Below, one piece after another: positions 48,660 through 57,276 of a stretch of DNA of 64,000 nucleotides. Origin of the DNA: a virus; IMG/VR virus record IMGVR_UViG_3300025647_000019, positions 1 through 64,000 of that record, one strand, 5' to 3'. Below the pieces are notes generated by a model. That model saw nothing but the letters and a program-made list of their open reading frames with translations. It did not search any database and had not been told where the DNA came from. Position numbers and translations under genes: made by a program. Numbering within the stretch: position 1 is the first letter of the stretch; each line of letters starts with the position of its first letter.

Positions 48660-48884
48660 ATGACAAACTCAAACAAAAACCACAATTTTTTAGTTACATT
48701 AAAAATGGATGGAAAGATTATTGCAACACGTAACACGACTGTTACTGAATATAATGACAATGTTATATATTCTTTGAGACTAAATCAGCTCATGAATGAA
48801 ATGTCTGATTTAATTGTTGAAGCTCTTAAAGATAAAAGTATAGATGAAGCCCATCGTCTTCTTAAGAAGGGACAATACAGTTGA
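48660..48884 (+). CDS. Hypothetical protein
   Basis: ORF in operon. Confidence 0.55.
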   Translation: MTNSNKNHNFLVTLKMDGKIIATRNTTVTEYNDNVIYSLRLNQLMNEMSDLIVEALKDKSIDEAHRLLKKGQYS

Positions 48885-49894
48885 AAAAACGAAGAATAGT
48901 TCTAATAGACTATTACAATCTCTTTATAAGAAATTGGCAAGTTTGCCCTTTGACTGATGAAAATGAAGAGCATTTTGGGGCAGTCGTTGGTAGTTTAAAT
49001 TCTATTAAATCCTTTATCAAGAAAACAAATCCCACTGATGTATTCGTTATAACAGACGGGGAAAATGCTGCATTACGTAGAAAAATGATGATGAAGGAAT
49101 ATAAAGCTAATAGAAAAAAGGAATGGGCCCGAGGAGCTTGTCGGGCCTATGACTTTTTAAATGAACAAGATCAAAAAGACAATTGGACATTTCAGAAAAG
49201 AAGACTAGATGAATATCTTTCTGTCTTGCCTATAAAAACTATTTCGATTCCATATCTTGAAGCAGATGATGTTATAGCTCAAATTTCTAATGTAATGAAT
49301 AATGAGGAAACTCAAATAGTAATTTATTCATCAGACGCTGATTATCAACAGCTAATAAATGAAAATGTTTTTTGTTATAATCCCATCACAAAAAAATTAT
49401 TGAATGAAGAGAAATTTTTTAAGAAACACGGCATCCCGCCATATAATTATATCTATCTAAAGTGCATCCAAGGGGACGCTTCAGATAATGTTACAGGAAT
49501 AAAAGGAATTGGTCCTAAAACTCTAATAAAAATGGTACCGGAAATAGTTGATACAAGAATAGATTCAATTCAAGATTTTTTAGAAATATGTCAACATGCA
49601 ATTGATAGTGGATCTAAAGTCTATACAAAATCAATGCTGAATAAATTCAAATTATTGATAGAAAATGAAAGTAAATTACAATTAAATTATAATATAATGC
49701 AATTATCAGATGTTGATATTTCTCAGCAATCTAAGGATTTAATAAATCGGGTTATTGAAGAAGATGTTACACCCTTTAGTAAAACTAAATTAAGAGCTAT
49801 GTTTTATAATGATGGAATGTATAATAACGTAAAATATCTCACTGATTGGTCAACTATGTTTAGTAAATTAACATTATATGGGAGAAATAAATGA
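48881..49894 (+). CDS. 5'-3' exonuclease/flap endonuclease (T4 RNase H-like)
   Basis: LID..N; YKANR; EADD; SSD.D..Q; GD.SDN..G..GIGPKT. Confidence 0.9.
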   Translation: MKKRRIVLIDYYNLFIRNWQVCPLTDENEEHFGAVVGSLNSIKSFIKKTNPTDVFVITDGENAALRRKMMMKEYKANRKKEWARGACRAYDFLNEQDQKDNWTFQKRRLDEYLSVLPIKTISIPYLEADDVIAQISNVMNNEETQIVIYSSDADYQQLINENVFCYNPITKKLLNEEKFFKKHGIPPYNYIYLKCIQGDASDNVTGIKGIGPKTLIKMVPEIVDTRIDSIQDFLEICQHAIDSGSKVYTKSMLNKFKLLIENESKLQLNYNIMQLSDVDISQQSKDLINRVIEEDVTPFSKTKLRAMFYNDGMYNNVKYLTDWSTMFSKLTLYGRNK

Positions 49895-50757
49895 AAAATA
49901 AAATCTTAGTTTTTTTAAATAGTTATGACGGGGGAACTTTTTTGGGTATGTTGATATTAATAATTTGTCTTTTGTTTTATCATAACTGTTCAGCTCAAGA
50001 AATATCAGGGGATCTTTCAATCTTGGGAAATATTGATGTTACAAATAAAAGCGAAGATCCAAATTCCCATTTACAATATTTTGGGGGAACATTAGATTCC
50101 GATAATGCTTTTGTTTCAGCTTCAATGGACAGTACTGAAACTTTAAAATTACGAGAAGCTTATATTAAGTTTAATTATGACGGATTATTAATTCATATCG
50201 GTAAAGTTGCTGTTCCATTTGGTTATATGAATTTGGATGATCCGTCAACTAGCGTATTTATTTTGTATCCTCGAAAAGATTATCGTGACTATGGTTTACA
50301 TTTATCTACTATGTATGATATAGTAAAGTTTGAAGGGGCATATATTGATCACGCCAATTATAGCATTAAATCAAAATTAATATTATTGGGCGGGGGAGAA
50401 GTTATATCGATAAGTTATGCAAATAGTGAATATTTGAAGGAGTTAATACTTAATAATGAATTTTATTTTTCCTCCCTATTATTCAATATGTCGAATGTAT
50501 TAGAATGGTGTCCAGATAATGGTGATTTTTGGATCAGATCAGTATTTGCCCCGGGCATATTTGATGTCTTAGGTTTAACATTAGGATATTATCATTTAGA
50601 TTATATTGAACAAACATTACAAGATTATGATTTAACTGGTGATGCTTGGACTTATGGATGTTATTTGGATTTTTCAACCCATGCAACTGTATCAACAGAA
50701 TGGGTCTTTGGTGAAAGTATTAATAAACCAACAGTTAAACTTGTTGCAAAATTTTAA
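49891..50757 (+). CDS. Putative outer-membrane beta-barrel (porin-like) protein
   Basis: Signal peptide (CSA/QE); LREAY, IGK..VPFG; alternating beta strands; C-terminal Phe (KLVAKF). Confidence 0.55.
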   Translation: MKNKILVFLNSYDGGTFLGMLILIICLLFYHNCSAQEISGDLSILGNIDVTNKSEDPNSHLQYFGGTLDSDNAFVSASMDSTETLKLREAYIKFNYDGLLIHIGKVAVPFGYMNLDDPSTSVFILYPRKDYRDYGLHLSTMYDIVKFEGAYIDHANYSIKSKLILLGGGEVISISYANSEYLKELILNNEFYFSSLLFNMSNVLEWCPDNGDFWIRSVFAPGIFDVLGLTLGYYHLDYIEQTLQDYDLTGDAWTYGCYLDFSTHATVSTEWVFGESINKPTVKLVAKF

Positions 50758-50766
50758 GAGGTAAAA

Positions 50767-52212
50767 ATGACCAGTTTTGAAAAGTTTGGAGAAAACTTTC
50801 AATCTAAAATTATATATCATTTGGTAACTGATTCTGATTTCGCTATTCAAGTTCTGGAGATTCTAAAGCCAGAATTTTTTAGTCAAGAAAACCATAGAAC
50901 CATAGCTCAATTAATTATGAGATGGAATGAAAAATATGGAACAATACCTTCTTTCGAAAATCTAAGAACTCTGTTAGCAAAATTATATAAAGAAGATGAA
51001 ATTTTATCCGAATATATGACTTCGTTAGTTTCTGATATTGAGTTTAAAACCAACTTACTTGATAAAGCTCATGTTATAGATGAAACAGTGGAATTTTGTA
51101 AGCAACAAGCATTTAGAAATGCTATTTTTGAATCCGTTGAATTAGTTAAAAAAGAAAAATACGATGAGATTTATTCTATCTTTCAAAAAGCAATGGTTGC
51201 AGGAGAAAAGAAAAATATTGGTCACGATTATTTCCACGATATGAATAAAAGAGTTATGGAAAGAAGATTTCCTATAGCTACAGGGTTCCAAATGCTAGAT
51301 CCAGTTATTTCCGGTGGATTATCGGGAGGAGAATTGGGTCTTATTTTAGCAGGAACTGGTATTGGTAAATCTATGATTTTAGTTCATCTTGCTGCTGAAG
51401 CATATAAGCAAGGTAAAAAAGTTCTTTACTATACTTTAGAACTATCAGAAAAAATAGTAGGACTTAGAATTGATTCAAAGATTGCAGGAATTCCTTTATC
51501 AAGTTTATTAACAGATATTGATGGTGGATTGAGAAACAGAATCAAAAATGAAATCACTAAAGAAAGAAACAAACATCAGATTAAACCAGAATTAATAATC
51601 AAGAATTTTCCAACTAAAACAGCTTCAATTCAAACATTAAATAATCATTTACGAATGCTAGAAAATAAGGGTTTTATTCCTGATATTATTTTTGTTGATT
51701 ATGTTGATCTTCTTAGACCAACTAATAGATATGGGGATAAAAGATTTGAGCTTGAAAGCTTAACTGAAGAATTAAGAGGGATGGCTGGAACTAGAGATAT
51801 TCCTTTATGGTCAGCTTCTCAAACAAATAGAGAAGGCTGGGATACTTCAATAGTGGGATTAAAAACAATTTCAGAATCAGCAGCAAAAGCATTCGTTGCA
51901 GATTTAGTTATATCAATTGGTCGATCACAAGCTCTTGTTGATGAGGGAAGAGCTTGCTATTATATTGCAAAGAGTAGATTGGGTCCCGATAAACTTCCCT
52001 TTACGGGAGAATTTGATACTTCATTAGTCAATTTTACAATTGATTCGGAAGGTTTTGATGAAGAAGAATTAAGAGAACAAGATCGTAGATTTGCAATGAA
52101 TAGAGCAGTTGAAAGGGTTCAAAGTCAAGCCCCAACTGAAACTTCAAACAATAATTTAAATGAGATCTTAAGAACATTGGATATGAATATAAGTAATGGA
52201 GATACAGAATGA
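50767..52212 (+). CDS. Replicative helicase (DnaB/T4 gp41-like)
   Basis: AGTGIGKS; YTLELS; VDYVDL; SQTNR. Confidence 0.9.
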   Translation: MTSFEKFGENFQSKIIYHLVTDSDFAIQVLEILKPEFFSQENHRTIAQLIMRWNEKYGTIPSFENLRTLLAKLYKEDEILSEYMTSLVSDIEFKTNLLDKAHVIDETVEFCKQQAFRNAIFESVELVKKEKYDEIYSIFQKAMVAGEKKNIGHDYFHDMNKRVMERRFPIATGFQMLDPVISGGLSGGELGLILAGTGIGKSMILVHLAAEAYKQGKKVLYYTLELSEKIVGLRIDSKIAGIPLSSLLTDIDGGLRNRIKNEITKERNKHQIKPELIIKNFPTKTASIQTLNNHLRMLENKGFIPDIIFVDYVDLLRPTNRYGDKRFELESLTEELRGMAGTRDIPLWSASQTNREGWDTSIVGLKTISESAAKAFVADLVISIGRSQALVDEGRACYYIAKSRLGPDKLPFTGEFDTSLVNFTIDSEGFDEEELREQDRRFAMNRAVERVQSQAPTETSNNNLNEILRTLDMNISNGDTE

Positions 52213-54068
52213 AAAATCTTTCAAATGAAATACTCTCTGATATTACAGTTCACATGAAATATGCAAAATATGTGAGAGAAGAGAACAGACGAGAAACTTG
52301 GGAAGAGCTTGTGGATAGAAATAAGAAAATGCATCTTAAGAAATTTCCAGAACTTAAGGAGCAAATTGATTGGGCATATGAATTTGTTTATGATAAAAAG
52401 GTTGTGCCATCAATGAGGTCAATGCAGTTCGCAGGAAAGCCAATTGAAATTTCACCTAACAGACTTTTCAATTGTGCATACACACCCATGGATGATTGGA
52501 GAGCATTCCATGAAATCATGTTTCTTTTGTTAGGTGGTAGCGGGGTAGGATTTTCTGTTCAGAATCATCACATTGAACAACTTCCAGAAATTAGGAAACC
52601 GAATAAGAATCGCAATCGCAGATATCTTATTGGAGATTCAATTGAAGGTTGGGCAGACGCAGTTAAAGCATTGATGAAGTCTTATTTTTTTGGTGGGTCA
52701 AATCTTAAGTTTGACTTTTCTGATATTAGACCAAAGGGTGCAGAACTTGTGACCTCTGGGGGTAAAGCTCCAGGTCCACAACCACTAAAAGAATGTTTGG
52801 TTAAAATTAAAGGAATGTTGGAGGAAAAGGAAAATGGTGACCAACTCACATCAATCGAAGTCCACGATATTGTGTGTCATATTGCAGATGCAGTTCTTGC
52901 TGGAGGGATCAGGAGAGCGGCACTTATATCATTATTCTCCGCAGATGACGGGGACATGCTATCGGCTAAAGCTGGGCACTGGTGGGAACACAATCCGCAA
53001 AGAGGTCGTGCCAACAACTCTGCCGTCTTGGCCAGATCGAAAATTACTAGAGAATTTTTTATGGACTTGGGAGAAAGAATCGAAGCGTCAAATGCTGGAG
53101 AACCCGGAGTATTTTTCACAAATGACAAAGATGTTGGAACAAATCCCTGCTGTGAAATCTCCCTCAAGGCTAATCAGTTTTGTAACCTTACCGAAGTCAA
53201 TGTATCAAACGTGGTATCACAAGAAGATCTTAATGACAGAGTAAGAGCGGCAACAATAATTGGAACACTCCAAGCAACATACACAGACTTCCATTATCTC
53301 CGTCCAGTGTGGCAACGCACAACAGAGAAGGAAGCATTGCTTGGCGTGTCCTTAACTGGAATTGCCAGTAAAAGAATTTTTGACTTTGATCTCAAAGAAG
53401 CCGCAAAAAAGGCAAAAATGCTAAATGAGCAATTGTCCGCTGAATTGGGAATCAATCCAGCGGCAAGAATAACATGTGTCAAACCATCTGGAACCAGTTC
53501 ACTTGTATTGGGAACCAGTTCTGGAATTCATGCTTGGCATTCACCATATTACATTCGCAGAATTCGTGTTGGAAAGAATGAAGCAATTTATTCATATCTG
53601 TCTGAACATCACCCAGAACTCGTTGAAGATGAATACTTCAGCCCACATGATACGGCAGTTATTCAGGTTCCACAAAAAGCACCAGCAGAAGCTATCTATA
53701 GGACTGAATCTCCTATTGACTTGCTTGAGAGAATAAAATATATCAATAGAAATTGGATTCAACCCGGCCATAGAAATGGTATGAATAAACACAATATTTC
53801 TGCAACCATTTCAATCAAACCTGAAGAATGGATTGAAGTCTTCAATTGGATGTGGGATAATCGTGATTGTTATAATGGAATTTCTCTGTTGCCTTATGAT
53901 GGTGGATCTTACATCCAAGCACCATTTGAAGAATGTACAGAAGAAAAATATAATGAGATGTTCGATTCACTCACAAAAGTAAACTTAAAGAGTATAATTG
54001 AACACACAGACAATACAGACCTTAAGGGTGAAGTTGCCTGTTCAGGGGGAGCGTGTGAGATTGTATGA
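52209..54068 (+). CDS. nrdJ: Class II (B12-dependent) ribonucleotide reductase
   Basis: PSMR; FNC; GG.RRAALI; TNPCCEI; CNL; TCVKPSGT; C-terminal CSGGAC. Confidence 0.88.
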   Translation: MKNLSNEILSDITVHMKYAKYVREENRRETWEELVDRNKKMHLKKFPELKEQIDWAYEFVYDKKVVPSMRSMQFAGKPIEISPNRLFNCAYTPMDDWRAFHEIMFLLLGGSGVGFSVQNHHIEQLPEIRKPNKNRNRRYLIGDSIEGWADAVKALMKSYFFGGSNLKFDFSDIRPKGAELVTSGGKAPGPQPLKECLVKIKGMLEEKENGDQLTSIEVHDIVCHIADAVLAGGIRRAALISLFSADDGDMLSAKAGHWWEHNPQRGRANNSAVLARSKITREFFMDLGERIEASNAGEPGVFFTNDKDVGTNPCCEISLKANQFCNLTEVNVSNVVSQEDLNDRVRAATIIGTLQATYTDFHYLRPVWQRTTEKEALLGVSLTGIASKRIFDFDLKEAAKKAKMLNEQLSAELGINPAARITCVKPSGTSSLVLGTSSGIHAWHSPYYIRRIRVGKNEAIYSYLSEHHPELVEDEYFSPHDTAVIQVPQKAPAEAIYRTESPIDLLERIKYINRNWIQPGHRNGMNKHNISATISIKPEEWIEVFNWMWDNRDCYNGISLLPYDGGSYIQAPFEECTEEKYNEMFDSLTKVNLKSIIEHTDNTDLKGEVACSGGACEIV

Positions 54069-54538
54069 TATTTGATTTACCAAAAAACATGTTTCAACAC
54101 ATGACAAAGGTTGATACAAAAATCGATGATTCATTTTTTATTATTGATTCAATAGACAAGCAAATAGCAAAAGCAATAGATGAAGAATTTTTGAACTTAA
54201 TCGAAAGAGAGGAAAATAATATGGGAATGTACAGAAAGAAACCAGTCATTGTTGAAGCAATTCAATGGACTGGTGAGAATAAAGAAGAAATTATTGGTTT
54301 CGTTGATGGAAATGGATTTTTTGATCATAATGATCTTGTGATCAAAACCCTTGAAGGGAAACTCATATCAAAACCCGGGGATTATATAATCAAAGGTATT
54401 GATGGAGAATTTTATCCATGTAAAGAAAAAATATTCAATGAAACATACGAACGTGCCCATGGATATGAAATGGATATAACTGATGATTTCTTATCCCACG
54501 ATTATAATATGGATACAAAACCGTTTCGAAGCAGATGA
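54065..54538 (+). CDS. Conserved phage protein (YRKKP...TLEG...GDYII...GEFYPC family); start may be 54221
   Basis: Recognisable motif set; GAGG RBS before ATG 54221. Confidence 0.7.
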   Translation: MIFDLPKNMFQHMTKVDTKIDDSFFIIDSIDKQIAKAIDEEFLNLIEREENNMGMYRKKPVIVEAIQWTGENKEEIIGFVDGNGFFDHNDLVIKTLEGKLISKPGDYIIKGIDGEFYPCKEKIFNETYERAHGYEMDITDDFLSHDYNMDTKPFRSR

Positions 54539-54578
54539 CAAATAATTGATTAAGATTGGTTCAATCTAAGGAGTTATT

Positions 54579-54779
54579 ATGGGAAAACAAAAAAGTGCAA
54601 ATGAAATAAGAAATAACAAAGCAAAAAAAAGAGCCTCTAAAAAAAGAAAATATGCAAAACAACATAAAGAAAAGCTAAGAGCTAAAATGAACCAAAGAAG
54701 GGATTTTATTGAACAACTCCAAAATGAATATGTAAAGGAAATGGTGAAACGTTATGAAGAGAGCCAAAAAGAAAATTAA
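54579..54779 (+). CDS. Small basic protein
   Basis: AAGGAG RBS; K/R-rich. Confidence 0.55.
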   Translation: MGKQKSANEIRNNKAKKRASKKRKYAKQHKEKLRAKMNQRRDFIEQLQNEYVKEMVKRYEESQKEN

Positions 54780-55185
54780 AAGGAAACCGGTAAGATATCT
54801 TCGTAGAATAAAACCTGGTTATGTTAGAGAAGTTGTTACTTTAACCGAACAACTTAATACTGGTGATATTTTGGAATTTCAATATGGGCGTAAACAAAAA
54901 CCAGGTCAAGTTGGCGGCTGGAAAAATGATCCTAAACCAAAGCTTTTAGTTTTTTATGATGATAAGATAAAATATATCGAAGGAATAAATACTAATTACC
55001 TGAGCGATTGGTATTTAATGAGACTGAATAATATTTTAAAGAAATACCCAGGGATTAATGGCGAAGAGCTTTATGATATAGTTATGAGGAGTACCAAAGG
55101 TGCTGTTCAAAAAGGCTATAGAAAATATATCAGAGCAAGTGTTAAGAATCCCTTGAAGCATATTTATAAAGTCGAAGGGGATTAA
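54754..55185 (+). CDS. Hypothetical protein, possibly T4 gp2 DNA end protector-like
   Basis: G.I.EF.Y...DP.P.LL...GIN.NYL...YRKY pattern. Confidence 0.4.
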   Translation: MKRAKKKIKRKPVRYLRRIKPGYVREVVTLTEQLNTGDILEFQYGRKQKPGQVGGWKNDPKPKLLVFYDDKIKYIEGINTNYLSDWYLMRLNNILKKYPGINGEELYDIVMRSTKGAVQKGYRKYIRASVKNPLKHIYKVEGD

Positions 55186-55190
55186 ACGAT

Positions 55191-55985
55191 ATGAACGATA
55201 TGAACGAAATAACGTCAACATATATTTTATTTGGTAAATTAAAAATTGGATCTGAATTTAGAATGTTTAATGATCCTGATAATGCCATTCTTATTAAAAC
55301 TGGAAATAAAACATATAGAACAAGTAAATCAAAAGTTACATACACTCTTGATCCAAAAACAAAAGTGCAATCTATGGGGGCAAAGGGATATAAATTTGAT
55401 GAATCTTTTAATATACATTATCCATCACTTAAAAAGCTAGTCGATTTACAATACGATGATCCCCGCACGAAAGACAGCTGTACAATTGTCGCTGAAAAAT
55501 GCGGAAAGCTAAGAAAAGAAAATGGAGAAGTTATTGAGGGATCATATATTATGTATGAGGATTCTGAAATGAAAGGCAAATTTATCGCAGTTCATGTTTC
55601 AGATGCTATCAATGAAGAATCTGGAGAATCCGAAGTAAATGTTATCGCTATTGGTAATAAGAAATCTGTTCGTGAAAGAATGGGGTATAGGATTCGTAGA
55701 AATAAAAATCTTGAAGAGGGATTTAAACCTTATTTAGAAATACAATTAAATAATAAATTAAATGAAGTAAAAATTAACAAACAAAAAGTTCAAAATGCAA
55801 CTGAATATGCAAACAATTATGACTTTAAAAAATCTAGAAATTTTATAGGGATGTTACAGGGATACGGAATAAGCACAGAACCTGGATATGAATATACAAT
55901 TGATGATGCAATTGATAATTTTGATGAAAAAGATAAACAAATGTTTGTTAAAGATATGAAAAAATTTGGTTTTAAAGTAACTTAA
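55191..55985 (+). CDS. Putative multi-domain internal head protein
   Basis: Shares a domain with the 26195 protein; INE/LEE/LNE sites; ATATTTAT at 55160. Confidence 0.5.
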   Translation: MNDMNEITSTYILFGKLKIGSEFRMFNDPDNAILIKTGNKTYRTSKSKVTYTLDPKTKVQSMGAKGYKFDESFNIHYPSLKKLVDLQYDDPRTKDSCTIVAEKCGKLRKENGEVIEGSYIMYEDSEMKGKFIAVHVSDAINEESGESEVNVIAIGNKKSVRERMGYRIRRNKNLEEGFKPYLEIQLNNKLNEVKINKQKVQNATEYANNYDFKKSRNFIGMLQGYGISTEPGYEYTIDDAIDNFDEKDKQMFVKDMKKFGFKVT

Positions 55986-56032
55986 AATATAGAACGATTA
56001 ACCACATCCAGAGAGATGTAGATCGGAAAAAA

Positions 56033-56203
56033 ATGAAATACTATTGTGAGAAGTGTAAGGGATCTTACACTATTCCAGTAGGGGATAAACTAATCGAAAA
56101 AAATGATATTTGTAAATGTGGTGAGAAAGCTAAAAACTTTCAAATTACAGACAATATCATTTTTTTTAAGTTCCCCGAAAATATGATGCTAATTAGGGGT
56201 TAA
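56033..56203 (+). CDS. Small zinc-ribbon protein (56 aa, not in ORF track)
   Basis: MKYYCEKC...ICKCG. Confidence 0.5.
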   Translation: MKYYCEKCKGSYTIPVGDKLIEKNDICKCGEKAKNFQITDNIIFFKFPENMMLIRG

Positions 56204-56206
56204 TAA

Positions 56207-56235
56207 TTTACTTTAATAGGTTTTTGTAATATAAT
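56207..56235 (+). promoter_or_regulatory. Sigma70-like promoter
   Basis: TTTACT-17-TATAAT. Confidence 0.7.
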
Positions 56236-56260
56236 AGTTGAAACTAACTAGGAGGTTTTA

Positions 56261-56800
56261 ATGATCATTCATATGGAAGGCCCAGATCGTTGTGGTAAAA
56301 CCACAATTGCAAAATATTTGGCCAAGGTTTATAATCTAGAATATTGGCGATATAGTAATGTAGATGAAACATTAAGAAGAAATCCCGATCACTGGAAATA
56401 TATTCTACGATATTATTATTCTGAAATTCCTGAATTTGCTAAAATGCTAGAAAATCAAGGTAGTGGTTTAATTTTAGATCGAAACTATATCACTGAATGG
56501 GTTTATTCTAAATTATTTAAAAGAGATACATATCCCATTATTTTGGCTGACCTAGAAAGCCAATATGCAGAATTAGGAGCAGTTACCATTTATTGTACTA
56601 AAAAGAAATATGATGATTTTGAAGATGAGTTTGTAACAAAAAATCAGATTGATGAAATAAAAGAACTCTATGAAAATTATTTTTTGATCTTTTCTAAAAT
56701 GCCGGTTCTTTGGTTAGATACAACTAATGAGGATTTAGAAAAACAATTAGAAATTATTGATGAATTTTTAAAGGAGAATGTTAATGTGGATGAAAATTAA
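56261..56800 (+). CDS. Thymidylate/dNMP kinase
   Basis: EGPDRCGKTT; LILDR...TEWVY. Confidence 0.8.
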   Translation: MIIHMEGPDRCGKTTIAKYLAKVYNLEYWRYSNVDETLRRNPDHWKYILRYYYSEIPEFAKMLENQGSGLILDRNYITEWVYSKLFKRDTYPIILADLESQYAELGAVTIYCTKKKYDDFEDEFVTKNQIDEIKELYENYFLIFSKMPVLWLDTTNEDLEKQLEIIDEFLKENVNVDEN

Positions 56801-57206
56801 AAAATTAAATGGACGAGCAAAATTACCAACAAGAGCCCATTCAACTGATGCTGGTATGGATGTATATTCAATGAACAATGTTGTTATTGCTCCCGAGGGT
56901 GATTACTTATTTCCTCTTGGATGGGCTTGTGAAATACCAAGAAATTGGGCATTAATTGTAAAAGAAAAATCCGGTAGGGCTGTTAAAGATAAATTAGATG
57001 TTGGTGCATGTGTAATTGATTCGGGGTATCGTGGAGAAGTTCATGTTCACTTATTTAATAATTCAAAAATTCCCGTTGAAATAAAAGAAGGTGAAAAAAT
57101 TGCACAGATGCTTTTGGTTCCTTGTTGGTGTGGGACTCCAGAAGAAGTTGATGAACTTGATAATACTCCTAGGGGTTCAGGGGGGTTTGGATCTACTGGA
57201 TTATAG
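56784..57206 (+). CDS. dut: Trimeric dUTPase
   Basis: DAGMD; KSG; VIDSGYRGE; IAQ; RGSGGFGSTG. Confidence 0.92.
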   Translation: MWMKIKKLNGRAKLPTRAHSTDAGMDVYSMNNVVIAPEGDYLFPLGWACEIPRNWALIVKEKSGRAVKDKLDVGACVIDSGYRGEVHVHLFNNSKIPVEIKEGEKIAQMLLVPCWCGTPEEVDELDNTPRGSGGFGSTGL

Positions 57207-57215
57207 AACAAATTG

Positions 57216-57244
57216 TTTACATTTGTTGATAAGTGGTGTATAAT
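57216..57244 (+). promoter_or_regulatory. Sigma70-like promoter of PolB
   Basis: TTTACA-17-TATAAT. Confidence 0.65.
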
Positions 57245-57276
57245 TGTATTATATACCATTTTTATTAGGAGAGGTT

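Noticed and set aside
55186-55208. 9 bp tandem AACGATATG repeat
   Set aside because: Short slippage duplication at a gene start with no evident function.
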